A model generated the notes under the pieces. That model worked only from the letters and a program-made list of their open reading frames with translations. It ran no database searches and was not told the origin of the DNA. A stretch of 64,000 bases of DNA from Candidatus Bathyarchaeia archaeon (GTDB lineage: Archaea > Thermoproteota > Bathyarchaeia > Bathyarchaeales > Bathycorpusculaceae): NCBI GenBank assembly GCA_050012255.1, contig JBEKHN010000001.1, forward strand, positions 320,001-384,000, in the 5' to 3' direction. A program made the translations under genes and the position numbers. This document shows, one piece after another, positions 29,801 through 39,308 of this stretch (within the stretch, counting starts at the first letter, position 1; the number at the start of each line of letters is the position of its first letter).

Positions 29801-32117
29801 TGTGCAAAATGCGGGAAACGGGAGATGCTATCTGAACGTAAGCAATCTGCAGTATTCAACGATGTACGCGTGGACTGTAAACGCAACAGATGGGCTGCAT
29901 CAGACAAACGCAGCCTATGTGTTCACAACAGAAGACTTGCCAGCACAGGTACCATGGTGGAACCAAGCATGGCCATATCGCAAGGCAATAACGATCGACC
30001 ACAACAAGGTCGCCGCAGACCTTGCAAGCGTACCAATACTCGTGGACACAACGGACAGCGATTTGATTGGAAAGACACAACCTGACGGCAAAGACATCGT
30101 CTTCACGGATGTCAATGGTACCAAACTCAATCATGAAATCGAGTCTTACGACAACAATACTGGGCATCTTGTTGCATGGGTGAACATACCTAATGTTTCC
30201 TCCACGGCAGACACGAAACTCTACATGTATTACGGCAACACTAGTGCCTCCAACCAACAGAACCCTGCCGCTGTTTGGGATTCTAACTTCATGATGGTTC
30301 AGCATTTGAAAGAAAAAGGTCAAAATCGGTTTGATTCCACCGCTAACGCCAACAACGGAACATTCTACGGCGGGATCGCCAAAGGCGTCAGGATTGACGG
30401 CGCTGACACATTTGCCAACGCTACCAATTACATCGTCGTGCCTGACAGTCCAAGCTTGAACCCTTCATCAGCCATCACTATCGAACTGTGGATGAACCTA
30501 TCCTCAACAGGCAATTACATCAATATTGTTAACAAAGGCAACTACGCACAGTATTACCTGAGGCTGGGCCCTCAGGCAGGATATGCCTACTGGTACGTTA
30601 AGTTCAGCGATGGCACGGCGAAATCCATCGAGGGCAATATCGGCTGGGTATTTGGCGCTTGGCACTACCTAGTGGCTACGTTGGATACTCAGGCACAAAC
30701 CATGACAGTTTACCTTGATGGCGTCCAAGAACTTACCGGCACCTTTGGTTCAGGAAAAACCATAGTGGCAACTAGCAACTCCATCATGATAAGTGACCTT
30801 GGTCAAAGACCTATAACTGGCGTTATCGACGAAGTCCGCATCTCAAACGTCGTTCGGTCAGCTGCATGGATACAGACAAGCTTCAACAACGAAAAAGGCC
30901 AATCAACATTTCTCACAATAGGAAGCGAAGAGCTCATTCCTCAAGCCCCACAAGTTTTCTCGCCAACACCTTCCTACAAGGCAACTAACGTGTTGCCCTC
31001 TCTGTCACAGCTCAGCTTCAACCTGACAGACTATCAGGGCAGCCTGATGAACTACACTGTCGCAAGCTATCCGGACATAACTAGCGGTCTCGTCAGCGGG
31101 CTGAATGTTAGCAGCGGCATGTACACCGTCAACGTTAGCGGCCTGCAATACTTCACAACCTACACGTGGACAGTCAACGTGACCGACGGAGTACACTGGA
31201 CGAATATGACATTCTCATTTTCAACACTCCCAAGTGTACCACCAACTCAAGCTACACCGCTGCTGGTTCAAAGCGGAACAGGAGACCTAACATGCTACAA
31301 CCAGACAACCTACGACCCCTACAGTAACGTAACAAACATCTATAACTGGTACAGAAACGGTACTTCCCTTACAAACCTGCTGCTTCCATTCGACACAAAC
31401 AGCTCAACGACAGCTACGGACTACTCAGGATACAACAACAACGGCCAGATAATTGGAGGAGTGAGCTGGGTCAGCAACGGAAAAGTCGGCGGAGCCTACA
31501 ATTTCAACAGAGGATTTATCCAAATTCCAGGCACGAGCACACTGGACGGCGGAGGTCAATGGTCAGAAATCACAGTGGAGGAATGGATATACCTCACAGC
31601 ATACGAGAACGAAACAAGAACCATAGCGAGAATACCCAGCTACGAAATAGGCATAAGCGGCAACACAATCTACGCTGGGATATGGGTGGTTACTGGCAGC
31701 CCGATGCTGAGCGGCTACCATAGAGTTACCTACAACCAAACACTCCAGACAAACACGTGGTACCATGTGGCCTTCACATACAAGAGCGGTGCTAGCCTGA
31801 CGCTTTACATAAACGGGATTCCAGTAGGCAATCAGACAGTATCAGGCAACATCCAACCAAGTGGCTCCAACCCTTTGTACATAGGCTGGTTCGACTACTT
31901 CAAAGGCAAGATCGACGAAGTTGCAATCTATCCAAGATGCCTAACGCCGCAGCAGATCAACCAAACCTACCTCGACACCAATAATGGCCTGAGCAACAGC
32001 TCGACGATAATGTCTTTGGAAACAAGAACGGGCGAAACATGGACGTGCGAGGTAATCCCCAACGACGGAAACCAGGATGGTATCGCAAAATTCTCAAACC
32101 CCATCACCATAAGCTAG
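26892..32117 (+). CDS. Giant secreted protein: DUF2341+LamG x2, FG-GAP/VCBS repeat propeller, C-terminal LamG
   Basis: Signal peptide; WWN..W.YR...WV..P...MYYGN (DUF2341) twice; W.Y.VAT..Y.DG...I.E.R.S (LamG); many D.DGDG..E repeats. Confidence 0.88.
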   Translation: MRISRLHRRKSKGMLIMWILAAMVIVPLSILVQPTAAENWWNPGWNYRETVVVNHTQVNATLLSFPVLIDVVDANLVNKTQASGNDIVFVGSDNGTFNHEIEFYDGTVGHLVAWVRVPQLSSTQDTTFYMYYGNPSAQNQQNPNGVWDANFTMVQHLDETGVSRFDSTTNKNNGTAYGVSKGLGKIDGADVFNGVNSYLRVADAPSLDPSSTIMVELWMNLSSTNDYINLISKGSYDQFYLRLGSGYGSNSSGNAYWSVKFSDGNVSVIEGNVGWAWNMWHYVVATLDTNAQVMRIYVDGVLKLSGTFASGKSIAATSNPILISNPSSRQIKGIIEEIRVSNAARSNAYIQTSYMNQKSPSTFCAVGFPETNPIPPANILIYDANPANETTGTYTNPTLSIRAVDLNGGTMNITFVERVSGNWIDIGDYIGKDGVYSTISENVTSLGSTYYWGVYVTDGTNSTSNYYSFTTTTKILTQKWFVNSAWSGVSGALIADVNGDGTQEVIQAGQGGVVALNGTNGNVVWNVSDSGIGDHCQPAIANLDGDGDLETVVPLQSPAGVLVLYGNGSTYWRRTDLGGDMFSGPVVFDIDGSGHPTIFAASTDALSGLGLNGTGRITALSYNGTILRQTFAWRPCSGGLSIADVDGTGRFTLFMGDRYMYLNSSEYGDNDYGKGVSAYWATNLTLRWYRPEIFCSSQKPILADVNNDGKLEVVIGDMNGGAWVLNATDGSTINAIPGVPYVLPTHYQPSVYDIDGDGHLEMLMADPHDTASSDLVVLDLVTWKVKASIYIGKNFYGPQLADVDGDGHMEIIACNYGSILIIDRTYRVIDGIVGLSGGVISQGTPENIDGLAGLTGTLNYAVVQDIDGDGYNEVVVTSQSGTVYAFDTPARTPYPRPRTEVQFYSEYRRGAAEYVQPQTTQSPVISSLYPLNSATAVPVSTSQLSFTLTDYQRNLMNYTVTTYPNIGSSNVQNAGNGRCYLNVSNLQYSTMYAWTVNATDGLHQTNAAYVFTTEDLPAQVPWWNQAWPYRKAITIDHNKVAADLASVPILVDTTDSDLIGKTQPDGKDIVFTDVNGTKLNHEIESYDNNTGHLVAWVNIPNVSSTADTKLYMYYGNTSASNQQNPAAVWDSNFMMVQHLKEKGQNRFDSTANANNGTFYGGIAKGVRIDGADTFANATNYIVVPDSPSLNPSSAITIELWMNLSSTGNYINIVNKGNYAQYYLRLGPQAGYAYWYVKFSDGTAKSIEGNIGWVFGAWHYLVATLDTQAQTMTVYLDGVQELTGTFGSGKTIVATSNSIMISDLGQRPITGVIDEVRISNVVRSAAWIQTSFNNEKGQSTFLTIGSEELIPQAPQVFSPTPSYKATNVLPSLSQLSFNLTDYQGSLMNYTVASYPDITSGLVSGLNVSSGMYTVNVSGLQYFTTYTWTVNVTDGVHWTNMTFSFSTLPSVPPTQATPLLVQSGTGDLTCYNQTTYDPYSNVTNIYNWYRNGTSLTNLLLPFDTNSSTTATDYSGYNNNGQIIGGVSWVSNGKVGGAYNFNRGFIQIPGTSTLDGGGQWSEITVEEWIYLTAYENETRTIARIPSYEIGISGNTIYAGIWVVTGSPMLSGYHRVTYNQTLQTNTWYHVAFTYKSGASLTLYINGIPVGNQTVSGNIQPSGSNPLYIGWFDYFKGKIDEVAIYPRCLTPQQINQTYLDTNNGLSNSSTIMSLETRTGETWTCEVIPNDGNQDGIAKFSNPITIS

Positions 32118-32369
32118 AGCTAGCATTGAAACAGCATTCGATAAGCCCACTTGACTCCGCCCGCGCGCGCTGCACAAAATAAGTCAGGCGATTATATCAG
32201 TGTAAGTTGAATAAACTTCATAGCTTCTTTTTCTGCTTTTGAAACAAGTTTGTCCAAGCAGTCAGTTTAGCATTCAAAGATATAGAAAATGGTATTTCTT
32301 AGAAAGTTATTCTACAAAACAAAAAAGATGGACAACGTTTTGTTCCTTTTGGCGTTTCAGACATTTCAT

Positions 32370-33365
32370 TCAATCACCTTTCAATGGAAACATGCTCTGA
32401 TAGACGCCAAGCCTATCGTTGTCTATTGTTTGAACGCCGTTCCAAATGTTCCATGGAATATTGTTTTCTTCACATCGAAGCAGTAGTTGCCGAATTATCT
32501 GCCATGAAGGGTTATTCGGGTCGTAAGGAATGCTTAGGTCGGGACTGCATTCTCCAAACCATATCGAAATATTGTATTTGCTTCTCAAAGCGACTAATGG
32601 GTCAATAATATTGTGGCTGACCACTTCTGCGCCGTAAGTGATAACCCATTGAAGGTTGCCTAACCAAAGCCCCCAGTGTGATGTGTATACCACATTAGGC
32701 AGCATCAGATTTTGAATGGTGTCGAAGCTTGGAATATAGCCAGGTGTTTCCCAGATGCATATTCTGTCGGGGTCTATATTTCGAATCGCCAGCGTAGTAT
32801 TATAATAGCCTTGAGCGTTCGCTTGTCTAACAGCATCCGTTGAAGCGGGAGGTTCGTTGTCAATTTCAAACGCCGCCACATATGGGTTGCCTTTGTAGTG
32901 GGTTGCGAGTTGTTGCCAGCTTGGTATGAAGTTCGGGTCAGACATCTGAGAATAGGGCGTAGTTGTCAAACCGAAGTCGCCGTGATTGTCTAGAATGCTT
33001 TGGACTCCATTAGCTCCCAGAAAATCTACGATCTCGTCCATCTTGGCAAGGTCGAGAACGTCCGCTGTGGCATTAGACGTGTCCCACGGGAACTTGAAGG
33101 CAAGTCGATAAGTGTTCAAGCCCATATACTTGATACGTGGAAGATAACGGCTCCAGCCTGTCATATAGTCGGTACTGCTATGCATCAAGTAACTTCCACC
33201 AGCCCCACGCCACATAGCGCTCGCGTTGTACTTGATACTTCCACTCGTGCTGAGAGTTTCATTCCATGTTGACAAAGACCATGCCTGGGCGACCAAGGCT
33301 ACGAGGATAATTGAGCTGAAGAAGAGAATGTTGACTGCGAGTTCTGAGGGCTTTAGAGTCGTCAT
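32370..33365 (-). CDS. Secreted glycoside hydrolase family 5 (cellulase-like)
   Basis: N-terminal TM, GLNTYRL, LDNH, NEP acid/base motif, YTSH, WFGE nucleophile. Confidence 0.82.
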   Translation of the reverse strand: MTTLKPSELAVNILFFSSIILVALVAQAWSLSTWNETLSTSGSIKYNASAMWRGAGGSYLMHSSTDYMTGWSRYLPRIKYMGLNTYRLAFKFPWDTSNATADVLDLAKMDEIVDFLGANGVQSILDNHGDFGLTTTPYSQMSDPNFIPSWQQLATHYKGNPYVAAFEIDNEPPASTDAVRQANAQGYYNTTLAIRNIDPDRICIWETPGYIPSFDTIQNLMLPNVVYTSHWGLWLGNLQWVITYGAEVVSHNIIDPLVALRSKYNISIWFGECSPDLSIPYDPNNPSWQIIRQLLLRCEENNIPWNIWNGVQTIDNDRLGVYQSMFPLKGD

Positions 33366-33613
33366 GCGAAGTCACAAGCGTGTCATAACTACTACGATGT
33401 CAGATATCGGTCATAATAAACGTTCTTGTCGACAAGTTCTACAAAAATACACAACAACAGATGTCGTTAGGTGAGAACGCAGGTGTCATTCCATTGCACG
33501 GATCAGCCATGCCCCAAAAGAGACAGATTCCCTTGAAAGGCGTGTTTTGAACTCGGAAATGATTGCAGCACGCATAGAAAAATGGCAGCCACAATCGCGC
33601 GGGAACAAGTCAA

Positions 33614-33889
33614 TCACAAATGATCTGTTAGCGGTGGTTCGGGTGCTAATTCTCTGGTCAGTCTCCACATGAGAAAACCGGCGGCACTTGCGATGAAAGA
33701 CATGATCGTGAAGGTGTCCAGTCTCAACCCGGGTGTAAGATGAGACAGACTCCAAGGCAACCATTGCGGACGAACCAATGCCACCAGCACTCCGTAACCC
33801 CAGCCAAGAAACCCGTAGAGGCAAAGCAGTTCGCCAACAACTTTTACGGCCAGAATACTTTTGCCAACAACCCTTTTCATATCTAACAT
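33614..33889 (-). CDS. Small 2-TM membrane protein, copy 2
   Basis: Paralog of 11718..11972, including the upstream promoter-like sequence. Confidence 0.75.
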   Translation of the reverse strand: MLDMKRVVGKSILAVKVVGELLCLYGFLGWGYGVLVALVRPQWLPWSLSHLTPGLRLDTFTIMSFIASAAGFLMWRLTRELAPEPPLTDHL

Positions 33890-33947
33890 TGCTTCCAGTT
33901 CTCAAATATAAGACTAATGCGCGGGCTTTCTGATTAGCGTACGCGCT

Positions 33948-34011
33948 TATTCGGAAGCTTCTACAAACTTATTAAAAGAGTATTACTGTTGTAGTTCGGG
34001 TTGTAGCGCGC
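33948..34011. repeat. 64-bp dispersed repeat; inverted copy at 41466-41529 (58/64 identical)
   Basis: Manual alignment; both copies are bounded by GCGCGC-type motifs. Confidence 0.9.
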
Positions 34012-34075
34012 TAGAGTTCGAGAAGCGAATGAAAGGGCAAAAAAGGCTAAAACCGCCTGCGAGCGTGTTAAGAGC

Positions 34076-34916
34076 ATGTCTTTCAACGATGTTGCACCCG
34101 TTTACGATGACGTATCAATCACGCCGAACTGGGTTTTCGAAAGACTCTACAAAGAGACTTTGGGAAGCAGGTTTCAGTCAGATCCCAAATATGCCATACT
34201 AGAAGTGGGAATAGGAACGGGCAGAACAGTTGGCCCACTCTTGAGACTAGGCATCACTCTCGTAGGCATAGACGTTTCCAGAAAAATGCTTGAGAGACTC
34301 AAAGAAAAGCTTCGGAAAGAGAGGGTCAAGACCCAACCTAGTCTGGTGCTTTGTGATGCAACAAGACTCCCGTTCCGCAAGTGCTTGTTTGACAGAGTCT
34401 ACGCCGTGAACGTCCTGCCTTTCGTACGAAACTGCAAACGGGCAATAGAAGAAATCAAGTTCGCTCTGAAAACCAGGGGCCTCCTTGTCGTCGCTATCCA
34501 CAGCCACCCAGAACTGCAAACCAAACTTGGGAAAACCTATGCGAGGGTTCTAACAGGCGCAGTCCACTCACGAAATGTTCCTGAGACGATACTAATACGA
34601 ATCATCGAATACCTGAGACTCACAAGCATAAAACCATCGAGTTCTTCTAGAAAACAGGCCCACTTCAGAAAACTGGAACCTGTGTTTGAAACGCCAGTCA
34701 AAATCAAGACAGATCTACACGCTGTCCTGGAAGGAAAAAATCCCCGCCTCTACGATGGCAGATTGCCTGGAAAAACGATTTACTTCGATACAAACCTACG
34801 TTTCTGCCAGAAAATACAGTGAACTCATGGCGAAATTAAACGAGTGGAGAAACGAAAACACGGGGAAGATAGTGCAGATCCCAAGAGAATTCTCCTACAC
34901 GAAAGTCCAATTCTGA
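34076..34916 (+). pseudogene. Class I SAM methyltransferase with a frameshift near 34630
   Basis: LEVGIGTG, GIDVS..ML, DA..LPF motifs. A plausible C-terminus continues in the 34686..34916 frame after ATAAAACCAT. Confidence 0.65.
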
Positions 34917-35140
34917 AAGACCACTTAAACATGGAGTTGAAATGGCCGAAAGCGTCCTCAACAACCTCAAACCTTAATTGGCGCGCTGCTAGACGATTTT
35001 ACAAGAGCGAACCTGGAATCAAAGGCACGCTAACTCTAATTAAACTCACTAAAGCTAAAGCAAGACTTAATACTTTCGCTTGAATGCCTAGTTACCTTAC
35101 GAAAAGGTCAGTATCAACGAACTTTTCGGAGTCGAACTCA

Positions 35141-36706
35141 GTGACAGAAGATCTGCTGCAACTCGCGGAAGATTCAACTCGGGGCAGTACCTTCCTAATC
35201 TACGGAAGTGCCATCTCAACAATAGTCATGGCAATCGGAACAATACTAATCTTAAGATTTCTCGGCCCGGACTTGTACGGTGAATACGCTCTCGCGCTCG
35301 TCGTTCCCACGCTCCTCTATTCCTTCACAGACCTGGGCCTGAACGAAGGAATAATCAAGTACGTCGCCAGCTTGCGAGCGAAAGGGGAAGAAGAGCGAGC
35401 GAAGAGGATAATCGGCCACGGACTAGCACTGAGAACAGTCATCGGTCTGGCCATCTTTGCCATAGACTTCTTTTTTGCTGACCTGTTTGCAACTCTCATC
35501 AACAGACCAGGCCTAGGCTTCCTTATTCGAATAGCCTCTGTCTCAATAGTCTTCCAAGTAGTGTTTACTACCGCAGCTTCAGCTTCTGTCGGCTTAGACA
35601 GGGCAGAATACAACGCCACAATAACAGGCTTGAACGCGTTCGCGAAAACAGTGATTCAGGTTGCACTTGTCCTCCTAAGCTTCGGCGTTGCCGGCGCTCT
35701 GATCGGATACGTTGGCGGCTATGCAGTCGCCAGCCTCGTAGGCCTGGGCCTAATCCTCACCAAGATGCGTGCTTCAAACAAGTACAAAGGCACAGATAAG
35801 TTCTTCAAGAATGCCAAGACTTTGGCAACCTATGGATTTCCACTCTATATATCGGTGCTCTTGACAAGCCTAAGCCCCCTCTACCAGAACCTCATAATCG
35901 CATACTACACGCCCACAAACGTCGACATAGGCAACCTCAGATCCGCAGCGAATTTCGTCACGCTAATAACAGTACTCACCATACCCATCAGCACAGCCCT
36001 GCTCGCATCCTTCTCCAAGCTTGACTCTTCAACCCACAAAAAGATCCAGGATTTCTTTAAAATCGCAAACAAGTACATGTGCCTCATAATAGTTCCCACA
36101 GCAACACTCATCATCGTCTTCTCAAAACAGATAGTTCAGATAGTGTATGGTTCCAGTTACCAGTCTGCACCTCTCTTTCTCTCTTTGAGCAGCCTGACCT
36201 ACTTCCTTGTTGCCATCGGTTTCGGAGTCTTGGGCAGCCTGTTCAACGGTCTCGGAGAAACCAGAACCACCTTCAAAATGACCCTTATCGGTTTTCTGGT
36301 CTTCACAGTGTTGTCTCCTCTCATGATCAGACCTTGGGGCGTGCCAGGCATGTTAATTGCCTCTCTCATAAGCAGCACAGCATCAGCTTTATACGCGACG
36401 GACGCTGCTCGAAGAAAATACAAAATCGAATTCAGCACAATCGCGATAATCAAGACTTACGTGATCTCCGCAATTGCCAGCGTTCCAGGACTAGTCATCG
36501 TCTACATGACAGCACTTCCCAATGTCCTGAAACTTGCCGCCGGAGCACTGCTCTACCTCTTCGCCTACGCGACATTGCTTCCCTTGACTGGAACCGTGAC
36601 TTCTTCCGAACTCCAGAAGGTCAAGGAGATTACCCAGAGGATAAGAATGCTGGGCTTCATAGCTAGGCCCTTGATCAAATACATGGAAAGATTCAGTATG
36701 CAATAA
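35141..36706 (+). CDS. Oligosaccharide flippase (Wzx/MATE-like)
   Basis: R.LGP..YG, DLGL....KY, about 14 TM segments, YG..Y..A. Confidence 0.9.
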   Translation: MTEDLLQLAEDSTRGSTFLIYGSAISTIVMAIGTILILRFLGPDLYGEYALALVVPTLLYSFTDLGLNEGIIKYVASLRAKGEEERAKRIIGHGLALRTVIGLAIFAIDFFFADLFATLINRPGLGFLIRIASVSIVFQVVFTTAASASVGLDRAEYNATITGLNAFAKTVIQVALVLLSFGVAGALIGYVGGYAVASLVGLGLILTKMRASNKYKGTDKFFKNAKTLATYGFPLYISVLLTSLSPLYQNLIIAYYTPTNVDIGNLRSAANFVTLITVLTIPISTALLASFSKLDSSTHKKIQDFFKIANKYMCLIIVPTATLIIVFSKQIVQIVYGSSYQSAPLFLSLSSLTYFLVAIGFGVLGSLFNGLGETRTTFKMTLIGFLVFTVLSPLMIRPWGVPGMLIASLISSTASALYATDAARRKYKIEFSTIAIIKTYVISAIASVPGLVIVYMTALPNVLKLAAGALLYLFAYATLLPLTGTVTSSELQKVKEITQRIRMLGFIARPLIKYMERFSMQ

Positions 36707-36828
36707 CAGCCGCCCTTATTTACTTCACAAGTCAAATTAGGATCTGACGCAGATAGACCCTCAACACGGTTTTGCCGCGCGTTGGCATGGGTCTTTCCCA
36801 TTAACCCCGGTAAACAGGAGAGAACCAT

Positions 36829-38229
36829 TTGCTACTCAACACGCTTGCTCGTTGCTATGAGCTTTCAAGAAATCAGTGGCTAAAAGAGACAGAACTCCAA
36901 AAACTTCAGGAGAAGAGGCTGAGGGCAATAGTCAAGCACGCGTACGAAAATGTTCCCCTCTTCAGAAGAAAATTCGATCGAGCCGGCCTTAAGCCCACGA
37001 GCGTCCAAGGCCTTGAAGACTTGACGAAGTTGCCCCTAACCACCAAACAGGAGATCAGAGCCGGAATCCCCCACGAGAGCATTTCGAAGAAACAAGATTT
37101 CAACGAATACCTCTGCGTGTCTACGTCCGGAACCAGTGGCGGACCCATGCCTGTTTTCTACGATGACCGCTTCATGGAATACAGCGTTGCAAACTGGTAT
37201 TTCCGGAAATACAACGCCATTGGAATTAAGCCATGGGAGAAGGTTATGCGCGTGGAGTACAGCATGCCAGAACCGACCGTTCTTCATGGGAAGAAAAAAG
37301 AAGAGAATCATGAGTTCAAGCCAAGATCGATTACCAGAACCGCGTTGGGCACCACTTCATACGGGCTATTGCAACGCCGACAGGCCACGGTTTACATCAA
37401 ACACGGCGGAGAAGATGTACTGCCGCAAATAGTCAAATTCAAACCCAGCCTGCTCCGCGCCAACTCATCATACCTACGGCTAATCGCAGAAACAATGGCA
37501 GACAGAGGGATTTCCCTGAATCCCAAAGCTGTCAGAACAAGCGGTGAAGTCACTGACGAGTCTGCTAGAGAATACTTAGAATCCGCATTCGGATGCAAAG
37601 TTTTTGATGAATACTCAACTTGGGACTCTGGACATGGTGCTTGGCAATGTAAAAAAAGAGAAGGGTACCACGTCGACGCAGACTTTCTCATCATGGAGAT
37701 TCTACGAAACGGCGAACCCGCAGCGCCTGGAGAACATGGAGAAATCGTCGTAACCGGCTTACTCAACTATGCAATGCCCCTGATTCGTTATCGAGTCGGC
37801 GACGTAGGCATTATGGACGATGAGAAGTGCTCATGCGGAAGGGGGTTCCCACTTTTGAAGTCCATTGAAGGCAGAATTGTCGACTGTTTCACGTTGCCTA
37901 ATGGTACGTCGGTTCCGCCCAAGGTCTTAATGAACGTGGTTCAGGGCACACATGGCGTGTCCAAATATCAAGTTGTACAGGAGAGTCGAAACAAGTTCAC
38001 CGTTTGTCTCATGAGAAAAGAGAATGACCCAGATGTTTCGATCAAGGAGTTAACAGCTAATCTGCAAGAGGTCCTTGGACACGACGTGGAAATCGAAGTC
38101 TTCGTTGGCGGCCGAGAAAACCTCAAAGCCAAATTTAGACCTGTGATATCAAAGCCCACGGTTGAGGACGAGCTTCGCTGGGCCAAACCTCACGGCGCCC
38201 TAACCCAGCCGGAGCAAGAAACCCTATAG
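36829..38229 (+). CDS. Phenylacetate-CoA ligase family (CapK/PaaK-like), copy 3
   Basis: AYENVP, TSGTSG, NYAMPLIRYRVGD, CSCGRG, EGR. Confidence 0.9.
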   Translation: MLLNTLARCYELSRNQWLKETELQKLQEKRLRAIVKHAYENVPLFRRKFDRAGLKPTSVQGLEDLTKLPLTTKQEIRAGIPHESISKKQDFNEYLCVSTSGTSGGPMPVFYDDRFMEYSVANWYFRKYNAIGIKPWEKVMRVEYSMPEPTVLHGKKKEENHEFKPRSITRTALGTTSYGLLQRRQATVYIKHGGEDVLPQIVKFKPSLLRANSSYLRLIAETMADRGISLNPKAVRTSGEVTDESAREYLESAFGCKVFDEYSTWDSGHGAWQCKKREGYHVDADFLIMEILRNGEPAAPGEHGEIVVTGLLNYAMPLIRYRVGDVGIMDDEKCSCGRGFPLLKSIEGRIVDCFTLPNGTSVPPKVLMNVVQGTHGVSKYQVVQESRNKFTVCLMRKENDPDVSIKELTANLQEVLGHDVEIEVFVGGRENLKAKFRPVISKPTVEDELRWAKPHGALTQPEQETL

Positions 38230-38686
38230 CGCACTTTGCGCGTGAACAAGAATTGGAATCAACCCTCACGCTCGAATGCGCTACCAAAAAGCTGGGCTAT
38301 AGCTCACAGAATGCTGTCAAGGCGGGTCTCAACTTCGTGAATCGTACAAGGGCACCGATTTTCGCGCGTGCTAGAAAGGAAAAAACGAATTCATCCTAAC
38401 TTCAGCGCGCGTGCCAAACCAATACTCAGATTCCAAGAACGAATACTTCAAACCACGACTAAAGCCAAAGCAACGTGAAATGCTGCGCGCGCTCATGAGT
38501 CATGAAATGCGCAGAGCAATGGAATTAGCGCACGTTTATCTGCGGCAGGATAAATCTTAAGTTCTTGGTCTGCACCAACATCGTCGTGTGGTTATGGACG
38601 CACCCGCGACGCGGTTACGGGTGCGCGCGCTCATGATCAGCAGGGAAATCTATCTCCCACACAAGCAGAGCCGGATCTGATCCTAC

Positions 38687-39121
38687 ATGCCCATTGAACG
38701 CAGTAAAATACATCAGTCAGTACGAATATGGCATCCTGAGCTAGTGAACATATACGATAGTGAAATTGGCGAAGACACCCGAATAGCCAGCTTCGTAGAG
38801 ATAGGTGGAGCTAAGATAGGCTCACGTTGCAAGATCGAGGCGCATGTCTTCATTCCGCCTGGAACAGTTGTTGAAGATCAGGTGTTCATAGGTCCCAACT
38901 CAACCATCACTAACGACAAGCATCCTGACCTCTTGAAGTCTTGGGATGGCTGGGAAATAAAGCCTGTCACCATAAAGCGCGGAGCGGTGATAGGCGCTAA
39001 TGCTGTAATCGTTGCAGGCGTAACAATAGGAGAAGAGGCCAACATAGCTGCTGGAGCCATCGTGACAAAGGATGTTCCACCAAGGACCAAGGTCAAAGGA
39101 ATCCCAGCACGCCCATACTGA
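38687..39121 (+). CDS. Hexapeptide-repeat sugar N-acetyltransferase (WbpD/WlbB-like)
   Basis: Left-handed beta-helix repeats, FIGP....TND..P, GA.IGANA, GAIVTKDVP, G.PAR. Confidence 0.9.
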   Translation: MPIERSKIHQSVRIWHPELVNIYDSEIGEDTRIASFVEIGGAKIGSRCKIEAHVFIPPGTVVEDQVFIGPNSTITNDKHPDLLKSWDGWEIKPVTIKRGAVIGANAVIVAGVTIGEEANIAAGAIVTKDVPPRTKVKGIPARPY

Positions 39122-39308
39122 GCACCCTTCAGATTACACGCGAAGACCAGAGAACAAAAGGTTTGGAGAAGGTTCTTGAGCTCTTACTACGATTTCGCGC
39201 GCGCCAGAGAAAAAAAGAAATCCTCCTAACTTCAGAAACCAGTTGGGCCTCAACAGAAAAAGAAATATCCTGATCATAAGACTAACGTACATAGAAGGCA
39301 AAGGGTTG

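Noticed and set aside
38226-38640. Motif-spacer arrays as CRISPR or integron attC cassettes
   Set aside because: The repeats are only 8-16 bp and irregularly spaced, lack the attC R/L box structure, cut through genes, and no integrase is present.
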